A stretch of DNA of 64,000 nt from Proteobacteria bacterium UBA2136 (GTDB lineage Bacteria; Pseudomonadota; Alphaproteobacteria; UBA2136). Shown here piece after piece: positions 11,260 to 20,994 of the stretch. Under the pieces are notes generated by a model that was not told where the DNA came from, made no database searches, and worked only from the letters and a program-made list of their open reading frames with translations. A program made the position numbers and the translations under genes. Where the stretch lies: positions 77,735 through 141,734 of the forward strand of contig DCXM01000001.1 of NCBI GenBank assembly GCA_002328405.1, read 5' to 3'. Positions within the stretch are counted from its first letter, which is position 1; every line of letters starts with the position of its first letter.

Positions 11260-12337
11260 ACCTTTGATAAACGTTCATCACTTCTTCGGCGCGGTTATAT
11301 ACTTCATGTTTATCATTCCAAACTCTTGTATGTGCAGCGTCCGCAATTTTTTGTCTTAAATCGTCGTCAGTCAGTAATTGTTTTAATTTCAATTGCAGTT
11401 CATCTTCATTTTTAAAATAAAGCGCTTCCACACCTTCTTGATACAAATTGTGCGCCAAATCATCAGAGTATTCAGCCAACATGCAAGTGCCCGCAGCGGG
11501 AATTTCAAAACACCTGCGGGTGTAGGTGTCATTGTTAATTTTTGACAAGAACACTAACGCCACTTTGGCACTGTTTAAAGCCTTGTTATAGTCTTCCCCG
11601 TACAAGCCATAAACTTCATGTCCAAGGGATTTTGTTAACTGATCATAATAGGGTGACTGCTGCCAGTTGGTGCCATACAGCTCCATGTTAAAACCCTTTT
11701 TCAGCAAGTTTAGAACCATTTTATCACGACCATCTTTTTCGAAGTGACCAATAAAAATCACGTCACAATTGTAAGGACTATCCTCCAATGACTTTTGATC
11801 CATCTTAAAGTTCCGGCTTTCAATAAAACTTGCCCGCAACAGGGAAACATTTTTCACGCCTAAACTGTCATAGTCTGCTTTATTTTTAAGGCGGTAATAA
11901 AAAATATGGTCATAAAACGGCACACAAGCCCGAAAGTGGCGCCAGAAATAAGGCCGGTAAACTTGTGAAAACGGGTCATCATTATTGTAGCCAAAAACTT
12001 TTGCGCCCGTGCGTTTTATTTTTTGAATAGTCCGTGGAAAAATGTGTGTGCCACGGTAAACAAACACAAGGTCAAATTTGTTTTGCTGACAAAGTTTAAC
12101 CAAGTCACGGTTTAAGCTGAACATCGCAGGACCCATTTTGGCCTTGTTTTGAAACCTGTAAAAAATGGACTTTAGTATGTTGCCATCCGTTGGGTAATGA
12201 TTAGCGTAAGGGTAATGCTTGAAGTACTCCTTCCAGGTGAAATAATGCACTTCATGCCCCATGCGTTCAAATGCTTTGCCGTAAGCCTTTTCGTGGGTGC
12301 TGCCGCCGTGGCCATCGGCTACCATTAAAATTCGCAT
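11243..12337 (-). CDS. Glycosyltransferase (GT1-like C-terminal domain)
   Basis: 364 aa whose C-terminal region resembles the GT group 1 domain; overlaps the flippase gene by 17 nt. Confidence 0.5.
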   Translation of the reverse strand: MRILMVADGHGGSTHEKAYGKAFERMGHEVHYFTWKEYFKHYPYANHYPTDGNILKSIFYRFQNKAKMGPAMFSLNRDLVKLCQQNKFDLVFVYRGTHIFPRTIQKIKRTGAKVFGYNNDDPFSQVYRPYFWRHFRACVPFYDHIFYYRLKNKADYDSLGVKNVSLLRASFIESRNFKMDQKSLEDSPYNCDVIFIGHFEKDGRDKMVLNLLKKGFNMELYGTNWQQSPYYDQLTKSLGHEVYGLYGEDYNKALNSAKVALVFLSKINNDTYTRRCFEIPAAGTCMLAEYSDDLAHNLYQEGVEALYFKNEDELQLKLKQLLTDDDLRQKIADAAHTRVWNDKHEVYNRAEEVMNVYQRCVDHG

Positions 12338-12339
12338 TG

Positions 12340-14091
12340 TTATGACACCTCAATTTCAAAAACATTTTCCAGCACGTTTTGCTGTATGTTTTTATGGCGT
12401 AGGTCTAAAGCATCTCCCGATTTTGCCTGCCCAAGGGAAAACCCTTGCTTGGCACGGTATAAACATTCATTCGGCAATTTGCCTTCGTAAATCTTTTTCA
12501 GTAGATACTTCAACGTGCGGTTTTTAACCAACAGTTTTTCGTCAATTTGCCAAGCAGCTTCCACAACTTTTTTATCTAAAAATGGGACCCTTGTTTCAAT
12601 GGAGTGCGCCATGGAGCACCTGTCCACCTTGCACAAAATATCATCCGTCATCGTTGTGTGAAAATCAAGGTAAAGGGCACGGCTCAGCGGACTAAGTTTT
12701 GCCATGTCATGCGCCTTAAAGTGCCACAAATCATCATAGTTGTTTGGAATGTTATATTTTTTTCTAAACGTTTTTTTGATCTTATCGTGTTTCAACACAC
12801 CGCCGGACAGCCGCACTTTACGCTCCAGCGGGTTTAAAATGGTAAAAATTTCAGCTTTTTTTGCAAGGCGGGACAAAACACCCAACTGCCTATTTTTAAC
12901 AAACTGGATAACAGGTCGAAGCGGCCACAAAAAGCCCAACCATGGTGTTAATTTTTGATACCAATCAAGGTAATGGTTATAACCGGCAAAAAGCTCGTCG
13001 CCACCGTCTCCAGTCAGCACCACGGTCATGTTTTCAGCCGCTAAGGCACTGACATTAAAGGTTGGAAACGCTGAGGTGTCCGCAAAAGGCTCATCAAACA
13101 ATGTTTTCATCAACCTAAAGTTTTGATTCACAAAGTCATGGTGGGTTACCTGAATTTTATGGTGCGAGCCAATGGCCTTTGCCACAGCATTTGCATAAAC
13201 ACTTTCGTCCACCTTCTCATCTTCAAAGCCGATAGAGCAAGTGTTTAACACATCCACACAGCGTGAAGCCTCATAAGAAACAATGGAAGAATCCACCCCG
13301 CCGGACAAGAAGCTTCCCACAGGCACATCCGCCACCAAATGGCTTTTAACAGCAGTGCGGACAGCGTTTTCGATCAATGCCTTCGCTTCATCTTCATTTT
13401 GAATGTGACGGTTTGACTTCAAAGACCAATACTTTGTTTTGCTCAAATTTTTACTGCGCATGTCATAAGTTAAACTGTGCGCCGCTGGCAACTTGAAGAC
13501 ATTTTTATACAAACTTTTGGGGCTGGGAATATATTTATAAGTTAAAAAATCGTAGACCGCGGAATAGTCATACTGCAAGCCTGCATCTTCATAAAAACGC
13601 TCCAACGCTTTTAATTCACTGCCCCACGCCAAACGCCCATCCACAAAGCTGTAATAAAGCGGCTTTATGCCAGCATGGTCCCGTGCAAGGTGAATTTGCT
13701 GGCTGTTGCTGTCATAAATCGCAAAAGCAAACATACCTTCAATTTTATTCAGCAGTTCTTCCAAACCCCAGTGGATATACCCATGCAACAAAGTTTCACT
13801 GTCACTTGAACTTTTGAATTCAACTTTATGATTTTTAATAAGTTCTTCGTTCAACCCTTTAAAGTTATATATCTCACCGTTGACGGTTAAATAAACACCA
13901 TCAGCCTCCATGGGCTGGCTGCCATTTTCGGATAAATCAAGGATGGACAAACGCCTGTGCCCCATGTAAACACCCTGCTCGTGCACATGGCTCCAACCAT
14001 CTGGGCCACGATGTTCCAATGTGTGCAACGCATCATTAGCGGCAGCCAATTCCGCCGCTGTTATATTGCTAACACCAAAAACCCCACACAT
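12340..14091 (-). CDS. Asparagine synthase (glutamine-hydrolysing) family amidotransferase, WbpS-like
   Basis: N-terminal MCG class II amidotransferase cysteine and an SGGVDSS PP-loop; 583 aa. Confidence 0.85.
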   Translation of the reverse strand: MCGVFGVSNITAAELAAANDALHTLEHRGPDGWSHVHEQGVYMGHRRLSILDLSENGSQPMEADGVYLTVNGEIYNFKGLNEELIKNHKVEFKSSSDSETLLHGYIHWGLEELLNKIEGMFAFAIYDSNSQQIHLARDHAGIKPLYYSFVDGRLAWGSELKALERFYEDAGLQYDYSAVYDFLTYKYIPSPKSLYKNVFKLPAAHSLTYDMRSKNLSKTKYWSLKSNRHIQNEDEAKALIENAVRTAVKSHLVADVPVGSFLSGGVDSSIVSYEASRCVDVLNTCSIGFEDEKVDESVYANAVAKAIGSHHKIQVTHHDFVNQNFRLMKTLFDEPFADTSAFPTFNVSALAAENMTVVLTGDGGDELFAGYNHYLDWYQKLTPWLGFLWPLRPVIQFVKNRQLGVLSRLAKKAEIFTILNPLERKVRLSGGVLKHDKIKKTFRKKYNIPNNYDDLWHFKAHDMAKLSPLSRALYLDFHTTMTDDILCKVDRCSMAHSIETRVPFLDKKVVEAAWQIDEKLLVKNRTLKYLLKKIYEGKLPNECLYRAKQGFSLGQAKSGDALDLRHKNIQQNVLENVFEIEVS

Positions 14092-14096
14092 AAAAC

Positions 14097-15209
14097 TTAA
14101 CCTTTAACAAACATTTTTACATAATGCACAACTTTTTCAACATCTTCATCGCTCAGGTTCGGATGCAATGGAATTGACAAGCAGTCTTCATTCAACATTT
14201 CACTGAACTTTAGTTTTTTATTCATCTGTTTATACAATGGGTTTAAGTGCAATGGGTGATATCGTAAAGTTGTGTATATACCGTTATCAAATAAATATTT
14301 TGCCAAGGCATCACGCTGTCCATTCATTAAACGTATTGAATATGTAAAGTAGGAATGTTTGCATTCTTTTGGTGCGTCTAATGGGTTTGCAAAATCTTTT
14401 AAGTCCTTAAACGCATCTTGGTAGACATCCCAGATATATTTACGACGTGCTTGATTTTCATCTAAATTGTCAAGCTGACCAAGAGCAATACCTCCAGCAA
14501 TGTCTGACGGGTTCATTTTAATAAAAGGCTCACTAATATTATATTCCCACCAACGAGACTTACCCTGCGTGGAAGCTTCAAAACCAGACTTACCAATACC
14601 ACTATACCGCAACAGCTTCGCACGGTGAGCAGACCTTTCATTTTGCATAGTGATGCCACCACCTTCACCCACAGCAATGTTTTTGACAGCATCAAAACTG
14701 TAAATCCCGACATCTGAAATACCACCACAGTAAACGCCTTTATAGTGGCTGTCTACAGCGTGAGCTGCATCTTCAATCACAGGATAACCAAGAGCCATAA
14801 TCTCGTCCATATCAACAGGTAAACCAGCATAATGCACCACCATAACCGCACCTGTTTTATCTGTGATTTGTGCTTTTACATGCTCTGCCGTAACATTCAT
14901 AGTAAAAGGGTCTACATCACAAAAGATTGGCTTGTGACCCGCCATAAGAACAGCCTGTGCACAAGAAACCCATGTGAAGGACGGTAAAATAACTTCACTT
15001 TCTTTAGGCAGGTTTAATAATGTAACAGCCATAAACAGTGCATTTGAGCCGCTATCAACCATTAAAAAGTTTTTCAAGCCCAGTCGTTCTTGATAACGTT
15101 TTTCAAACTCAGAAACCTTAGGCCCCATTCCCAACCACTGCGATTGAAGACTTTCTGTCACATTTGAAATTTCTTTATGGTTTGTTTTAGAACCGAAGAC
15201 GTTAATCAT
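14097..15209 (-). CDS. DegT/DnrJ/EryC1/StrS family PLP-dependent sugar aminotransferase
   Basis: 370 aa with a conserved aminotransferase fold signature (…DAAHAVD…); operonic with rmlB. Confidence 0.85.
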   Translation of the reverse strand: MINVFGSKTNHKEISNVTESLQSQWLGMGPKVSEFEKRYQERLGLKNFLMVDSGSNALFMAVTLLNLPKESEVILPSFTWVSCAQAVLMAGHKPIFCDVDPFTMNVTAEHVKAQITDKTGAVMVVHYAGLPVDMDEIMALGYPVIEDAAHAVDSHYKGVYCGGISDVGIYSFDAVKNIAVGEGGGITMQNERSAHRAKLLRYSGIGKSGFEASTQGKSRWWEYNISEPFIKMNPSDIAGGIALGQLDNLDENQARRKYIWDVYQDAFKDLKDFANPLDAPKECKHSYFTYSIRLMNGQRDALAKYLFDNGIYTTLRYHPLHLNPLYKQMNKKLKFSEMLNEDCLSIPLHPNLSDEDVEKVVHYVKMFVKG

Positions 15210-15723
15210 TTTTCTGTACCTCTAATTCAAAGTCTGGGATTTTATTTTTATTTAACTCATACGTTACATGTTCGTCATTAATTAACACTACTTCAAAGCC
15301 TAATTTCTCATACCAACTTCTAGCCGGATTTTGCTTTAAAACAACGCATGTAATTTTATAATTTAAAACTTTTGCTATGTATGCATTCATCATCATAAAG
15401 GCGGTAGACATTTGATGCTCACTTCCTGTTTTTCGTCCCCGCATAATGTTATAAACGTCCACTACATCATTTTTTAAACGATAACCACAACAGCCAACGC
15501 TCATAAACCCATTTCCTACCTTTTCTTCAACAACAAACATATAGTTTGTTTTATCCGTAAGGTAAACATCCTTGTACCAACTAATTTGCTGAGCCTTTGT
15601 TATGACACTTTGATGAAAAAAATATTCTTTATTCTTATTTTTCCAAACCCTTAAATTTTCAAGGTCTGTCTCATCAATCAATTTCAATCTAAAATCAGGT
15701 TTGTCTTTTTGTGAAATAATCAT
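15202..15723 (-). CDS. Putative GNAT-type sugar N-acetyltransferase (WecD-like)
   Basis: 173 aa with a GNAT-like motif, overlapping the aminotransferase gene by 8 nt; the assignment is weak. Confidence 0.4.
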   Translation of the reverse strand: MIISQKDKPDFRLKLIDETDLENLRVWKNKNKEYFFHQSVITKAQQISWYKDVYLTDKTNYMFVVEEKVGNGFMSVGCCGYRLKNDVVDVYNIMRGRKTGSEHQMSTAFMMMNAYIAKVLNYKITCVVLKQNPARSWYEKLGFEVVLINDEHVTYELNKNKIPDFELEVQKND

Positions 15724-16820
15724 GACAACTCCTTCATCAAAATATCCACACCCTTTTCAGGTGAAAATTTTAACGCCGTTTCACGTGCCTTAACAGACAT
15801 ATCCTTCAGGCTATCTCTCTCATTAAAGCATTTGGCAATGAGTGTGGAGAGTTGCGTTGAACTGTCACATTCAAATAAGTATCCATTTTCACCATCAACA
15901 ATACGGTCATATGCAGCACCGGCATTTACATTACCCAGAACAGGCACAGCAAACATATGCCCAAAGATTGTGGCGCCAAATGCATCAAACCGTGCAGAAT
16001 GAATAAAAACGTGACTATTCGCAATGATGCATGAGAACTCTTCAAAATCCATCCACCCCTCCATAAAGAGGTTTTTTGTTAAATTATTTTTTTGAATTTG
16101 ATCTTTTAAGTTTTTAAGTTCTTCGCCTTTGCCTACAATTACACAACGAACGTGTTTTTGAATGTCGCTCGGCAGGTTTGCAATGGCGTCAATTAAAATG
16201 TCAAAACCCTTTTCATAAACAAGGCGACTGCCGGCAGAGATTAAAAAATCACCCTTTTGAACATTGTAGTTTTTATAAATATCTTTTTGATATTTTTTAT
16301 AGTCTTCTGGGCTTTTAGAAACATCCACAAATATAGGCAGGTTGGTTAAACGGTTTAAGTTAAAACCTTTGTTTTTAAAATATTCCACCGTTATTTTGCC
16401 GACACAAAAAACATGCGCCCGTGACCATTTTAACATTTTGTAATAAACGGCACGCACTTTGTTTTTAAGCCAGCCGCGGTTGTCCTCATCATGTGGGTAA
16501 TCAAACCAAACCGCGTAAGGTCGGCGTAGTATAAAGAATAGAAATATCAATATACGGGTGTTAATGTTTTGCCAACCAACAATTAAAAACTTTTCGTCCG
16601 TTTTGGTTAAGCAATGTCGCAAGAATTGAAGGTCAACACTGTTTTGTTTGTAAAAAAGAGCTGGCTTAACTTTGTTGTTTAAGTCTTCCTTCCAGCCATA
16701 TTTTTCGGCATTTTGAATGCAGTACCAAAGGTTCAAGTCCACCTTGCCACTTTTGTGCAACGCTTCGGCAAAAACGTTGTTGTGCGGGCTTGCAATGTCT
16801 TGAATAAAATTAAGCTTCAT
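15720..16820 (-). CDS. Glycosyltransferase family 4
   Basis: 366 aa with a GT4 C-terminal motif region (FIHSARFDAFG...). Confidence 0.7.
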   Translation of the reverse strand: MKLNFIQDIASPHNNVFAEALHKSGKVDLNLWYCIQNAEKYGWKEDLNNKVKPALFYKQNSVDLQFLRHCLTKTDEKFLIVGWQNINTRILIFLFFILRRPYAVWFDYPHDEDNRGWLKNKVRAVYYKMLKWSRAHVFCVGKITVEYFKNKGFNLNRLTNLPIFVDVSKSPEDYKKYQKDIYKNYNVQKGDFLISAGSRLVYEKGFDILIDAIANLPSDIQKHVRCVIVGKGEELKNLKDQIQKNNLTKNLFMEGWMDFEEFSCIIANSHVFIHSARFDAFGATIFGHMFAVPVLGNVNAGAAYDRIVDGENGYLFECDSSTQLSTLIAKCFNERDSLKDMSVKARETALKFSPEKGVDILMKELS

Positions 16821-17838
16821 ACTTGCTTATGTACCATTTAATTGTGTACTCTAAAGCTTCTTCAAATTTTGCTTCAGGTTTCCAGCCCAGTTCATTTTCA
16901 ATTTTGGTGCTGTCAATGGCGTAGCGCATGTCGTGCCCTGCACGGTCCTTCACATATGAAATTAAATTTTCGTACGGTTCATCTGCCGGTTTAATTTTGT
17001 TTAAAATACGGCAAATTAAATGAACAATGTCATTGTTTGTTTGTTCGTTCCAACAGCCAATATTGTAAGTTTCGCCGCATTTACCGGTGTGGAACACAGT
17101 GTCCAGCGCTTTGGCATGGTCTAATACAAACAACCAGTCCCGAATGTTTTTACCTTCACCATAAATGGGAATATTTTTACCGTTCAAGCAACTGCGAATC
17201 ACCGTTGGGATAAACTTTTCGTCATGTTGGTTTTCACCATAATTGTTAGAGCAATTTGAAATGGTAGCTGGCATGCCAAAGGTGTGGAAATAACTTCTCA
17301 CCACAAAGTCAGCCCCTGCTTTTGAAGCAGCATAAGGTGGGTTAGGCGCGTAAGCTGTTTTTTCACTAAACAAGCCCACTTCGCCCAAGGTGCCGTAAAC
17401 TTCGTCGGTCGAAACATGGTGGAAGCGACAGTCTTCGAAACCATCATTAAAGACAAACGGTTCTTTCATCCATTTGTTTTTAGCGGCGTGAACCACGTTG
17501 TAAGTACCCATGACATTTGTTTCAAAAAACACTTTTGGCCCGGTGATGGAATTATCGACATGGCTTTCCGCCGCAAAGTGGAACACGCCACGAATGTCAT
17601 AATCTTTAAAAATGCTTTGCACCAATGCTTCGTCACAAATATTACCGTGAATAAATTTATAACGCTTTTTTTGGTCTTCGGTTAAGCGCACATTTTCGGC
17701 ATTGCCGGCATAAGTCAAGGCGTCAATATTCACTATAAAATAGTCGGGGTATTTGTTCAGCATGTAAGGGATAAAATTGCTGCCAATAAAACCAGCACCA
17801 CCTGTGACTAAAATATACTTCAACCCCTGATTTGTCAT
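16810..17838 (-). CDS. rmlB: dTDP-glucose 4,6-dehydratase RmlB
   Basis: ILVTGGAGFIGSNF Rossmann motif, a YAASK catalytic motif and 342 aa. Confidence 0.9.
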   Translation of the reverse strand: MTNQGLKYILVTGGAGFIGSNFIPYMLNKYPDYFIVNIDALTYAGNAENVRLTEDQKKRYKFIHGNICDEALVQSIFKDYDIRGVFHFAAESHVDNSITGPKVFFETNVMGTYNVVHAAKNKWMKEPFVFNDGFEDCRFHHVSTDEVYGTLGEVGLFSEKTAYAPNPPYAASKAGADFVVRSYFHTFGMPATISNCSNNYGENQHDEKFIPTVIRSCLNGKNIPIYGEGKNIRDWLFVLDHAKALDTVFHTGKCGETYNIGCWNEQTNNDIVHLICRILNKIKPADEPYENLISYVKDRAGHDMRYAIDSTKIENELGWKPEAKFEEALEYTIKWYISKYEA

Positions 17839-17883
17839 AACCGCCCTTTTTATTTTTTTATTATTTATTTAATCTCGTAAAAT

Positions 17884-18435
17884 TTATTTAAACTTATAAG
17901 CATCCTTGAAGCTTGGCCAGCTTAAGTCCTTATCGCTCACCTTTAATTGCCCCTTTTCAAACGGCCACGGCACCGCAATGTCTGGGTCATCAAAACGAAA
18001 ACCACTTTGAGCTTGCTGTGAGTAGTCATTATCCACCTTGTAATGGAATATCGCAAAGTCGCTCATCGCCACAAAGGCGTGGGCGCAACCACGGGGGATA
18101 AAAACCTGTGCTTTATTTTCAGATGACAATTTGTGCATCACCATTTTACCAAAGGTTGGGGACGATTCACGCATGTCCACCACCACGTCCAAAACCTCAC
18201 CAGCGGTTACCCGTACCAGTTTGGCTTGTGAATGGTCACCCTTTTGAAAAGCAAAACCACGCAACACCCCAAAAGTGGACTGGGATTCATTGTCCTGAAC
18301 AAAATGAACAGGCATCCCAATCGCCTCATTAAAAACTTTTTGATTGTAGGACTCAAAAAAACAGCCACGATCGTCCTCAAAAACCTGTGGTGTGATAAGA
18401 AAAACACCGTCAATGTCTGTTTTTGTCACTTGCAT
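17884..18435 (-). CDS. rmlC: dTDP-4-dehydrorhamnose 3,5-epimerase-like cupin (RmlC family)
   Basis: 183 aa with the DDRGCFFE motif. Confidence 0.75.
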   Translation of the reverse strand: MQVTKTDIDGVFLITPQVFEDDRGCFFESYNQKVFNEAIGMPVHFVQDNESQSTFGVLRGFAFQKGDHSQAKLVRVTAGEVLDVVVDMRESSPTFGKMVMHKLSSENKAQVFIPRGCAHAFVAMSDFAIFHYKVDNDYSQQAQSGFRFDDPDIAVPWPFEKGQLKVSDKDLSWPSFKDAYKFK

Positions 18436-18539
18436 GGCTTAAAACGCTTTATTGTTCTTATAATATTGATTAAATAACATATATTAAATTTTGCGAATTT
18501 GCTATAAATTATTTAAATGCACTGAAAGAGGAAATAAAC

Positions 18540-18758
18540 ATGTTAGAAATGCTTGGCAACCTGTGGGACGTTATCGTCAGCTTAACCATTTGGACCATTG
18601 TTTTTGCATTTTATGTGTTTTTAGGTGCAGGTTTTGGGGCATGGCTTTCACGCAGGTCCAAGCACGACAGTGACAATTTAGGGTGGATTTTACTGGGCAT
18701 GTTGATGTTTGGTGGCGTTTTATTCCCGTTCACCTACTATGTTTTTTACGCAGGTTAA
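18540..18758 (+). CDS. Small two-TM membrane protein, hypothetical
   Basis: 72 aa with two hydrophobic helices and an AGAGGAAATAAACATG RBS. Confidence 0.4.
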   Translation: MLEMLGNLWDVIVSLTIWTIVFAFYVFLGAGFGAWLSRRSKHDSDNLGWILLGMLMFGGVLFPFTYYVFYAG

Positions 18759-18783
18759 ATTTTAAACCTCAAAACAAACCCAC

Positions 18784-19065
18784 TTATGACCATTTTTTGG
18801 CGCAATAACCCAACATCAGGTCTTCCACTTCGTCCATGCAGCCGCAGCACCTGCCCACCAAAGCTTCCCCTGCTAAGTCCTTATGCACCTTAAAAATCAA
18901 TGGGTTTTCAACTTCTGTTGTTGGGGTCATGTTTTCACGAATCACAGCTTTCACATCTTCTTCTGTTTTTTCGGTACAAAAGCAAACAAGTGGCGAATCG
19001 GTCATTTGAGCATCCTTATCATTGGTTAACAGCATATACATACGCATTTTTAAAGCCATTTTCAA
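18784..19065 (-). CDS. bfd: BFD-like [2Fe-2S]-binding domain protein (bacterioferritin-associated ferredoxin-like)
   Basis: CFC...CCGC cysteine pattern in a small protein; the true start is probably an internal Met. Confidence 0.5.
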   Translation of the reverse strand: MKMALKMRMYMLLTNDKDAQMTDSPLVCFCTEKTEEDVKAVIRENMTPTTEVENPLIFKVHKDLAGEALVGRCCGCMDEVEDLMLGYCAKKWS

Positions 19066-19218
19066 GCAAATAGAATTTCATAGAAAATGATTGGCATCAA
19101 CCGCTTGAACATGTATAGTATTAGAAATTTCTGAAACACCTAAATTTTATACCTTCATTTAAAGGTATCTTATTAAACTTCAAACTTTCACTTCCCTTCT
19201 CCTCTGGAGGTAATTATT

Positions 19219-20865
19219 ATGCTTCGCTCTAATCAGCATTATTTAAACGCTTTGCTTGAGTATACGGAAGGTAAAATTCCGCATGCTGAAAAGCCCATTT
19301 GCCCGCATGACAATTGGCATAGGGACATGGAAATTGTTCAAAGCTTTGACGAGCTTTTTACAGCCATGGGCCAGTGCTTCAACTTAGACACCTACCCCAA
19401 TAAATACATTATTTGCGGGGCGGAAAAAATGTTGAATGCCAGTGCGCACATTGGTATGCCGGTTATGTACCGTCATTTTTCCTTTGCGCAAAGCTTCTTA
19501 AGCCAAAAGTACAATTACTCAAAAGGCCTCACAGGTCTGCCGTACGAATTGGTCATTAACAGCAACCCTTGTATTTCAGTCAACATGGTGGGTAACCCCA
19601 CTTACTTGCTGGCGTTGGTTATGTCCCATGCGGGTCAAGGCCACAACAGCTTTTTTAAAGGCAACTATATGTTTAAAAACCATACAGATGCCGACTCAAT
19701 CATTGACTACTTAAAATATGCCCGTGCATACATTGACAAGTGCTACAAACACATTGGTGACGAACCTGTGCGTAAATTTATCACCGCTTGTCATGCACTG
19801 CAAAGCCATGGTGTAGAACGTGGCGGCGTGAACAATGGCACCTCTTCTCGTTTGGAATATGAAACGGACCGTTTGGCTCAATTGACCAAAACCGGCCCAC
19901 AAACAGAAGAGCTGAACTTCAACGACGGTGGCTACCAAAACATCATGTATGTATTGGAAATGATCAGCCCTGCAGCGCAAACCTGCGAACTGGTCAACGG
20001 CAGCCCTTGGATGAAGGAAGTCATTCGCATCATCCGCAACATTGGGCAATACTTTTACCCACAGCGTTATACCAAGGTGATGAATGAAGGCTGGGCCAGT
20101 TTTTGGCACCACGCCATGACCACGCTGGCGCACCATTACGGTTACATAACAGGTGACCAGTACGCCAACATCATTCGTTCACACACACAGGTGTTAACGC
20201 AATTGCCTTACAACCACAAGCAGTACAATGGTTTTAACCCTTACCGTCTTGGTTTTGACATGTTCCGTGACATTATGTTCATGGGCCGTGGTCCCAAAGA
20301 CCTTGAGGAGCAAAAGCTGTATGACGCCTGTAAGTATGAAGAAACTTTCGGCAAAAGCAGCTTCCCTTCAAACGGTAAATCGGTTCCATACCTGAAAGGT
20401 GACTGGTTGGGCTTGATGCATTACGCCATGGAAAATTACGCGGACCACAGCTTTGTGGAAAACTTCCTATCGTTAAACATTACAAGAGAACATAACATGT
20501 TTTCTTTAAATTCTAACGTGGAAGATCAAATGTCCGTTGTAACGGGTACCGCCATGCACTTGAAAGAGGTGCGTCAGGCATTATCAGCAATGTATGATCC
20601 AAGCTACGTCAGCCCGATCATTTCAGCAGTTGGTTTTGACCCTTACGGCGACCGTACACTGTACCTTGAGCATTATTCCACAAAAGGAAAACCGCTGAAC
20701 AGTGAACACATGGACAAGGTGATGAAACACATTCACACCATTTTACGTGGACCGCAGTGTATGCCAACGTCAGAAAAGTTTAAGCACTTTAATGCCGCTT
20801 TAACTTCCTTTGACACCCGCAACATCGCCGACCCTAAAGCCATGCAAAAGTGGCCAAAATCCTAA
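19219..20865 (+). CDS. SpoVR-family protein (YcgB-like)
   Basis: 548 aa. ELVINSNPC and GHNSFFKGNY motifs match the SpoVR/YcgB family, a GGAGG RBS is present, and a rho-independent terminator follows. Confidence 0.8.
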   Translation: MLRSNQHYLNALLEYTEGKIPHAEKPICPHDNWHRDMEIVQSFDELFTAMGQCFNLDTYPNKYIICGAEKMLNASAHIGMPVMYRHFSFAQSFLSQKYNYSKGLTGLPYELVINSNPCISVNMVGNPTYLLALVMSHAGQGHNSFFKGNYMFKNHTDADSIIDYLKYARAYIDKCYKHIGDEPVRKFITACHALQSHGVERGGVNNGTSSRLEYETDRLAQLTKTGPQTEELNFNDGGYQNIMYVLEMISPAAQTCELVNGSPWMKEVIRIIRNIGQYFYPQRYTKVMNEGWASFWHHAMTTLAHHYGYITGDQYANIIRSHTQVLTQLPYNHKQYNGFNPYRLGFDMFRDIMFMGRGPKDLEEQKLYDACKYEETFGKSSFPSNGKSVPYLKGDWLGLMHYAMENYADHSFVENFLSLNITREHNMFSLNSNVEDQMSVVTGTAMHLKEVRQALSAMYDPSYVSPIISAVGFDPYGDRTLYLEHYSTKGKPLNSEHMDKVMKHIHTILRGPQCMPTSEKFKHFNAALTSFDTRNIADPKAMQKWPKS

Positions 20866-20874
20866 CCATCGACT

Positions 20875-20906
20875 AAAAAAGAGGCTTCACAGCCTCTTTT
20901 TTTTAT
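20875..20906 (+). terminator. Rho-independent terminator after the spoVR-like gene
   Basis: A-run, then AGAGGCT tcac AGCCTCT, then T8. Confidence 0.8.
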
Positions 20907-20994
20907 TTTTTAATGAAAAAGCATTGAAAGCAACCATCACAACTCTTAACATTTATACATAAACTTTAACTTTACTCTTTTTACCCCCTTTCCT

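Noticed and set aside
18436-18539. JUMPstart/ops element (GGCGGTAG) upstream of the glycan operon
   Set aside because: The motif is not present in the rmlC upstream region or in the rmlA leader (7321..7447).
19066-19218. Fur box upstream of the bfd-like gene
   Set aside because: Only a partial AATGATTGGCATC resemblance is present. Alphaproteobacteria often use Irr or RirA instead, so this is not enough to call.
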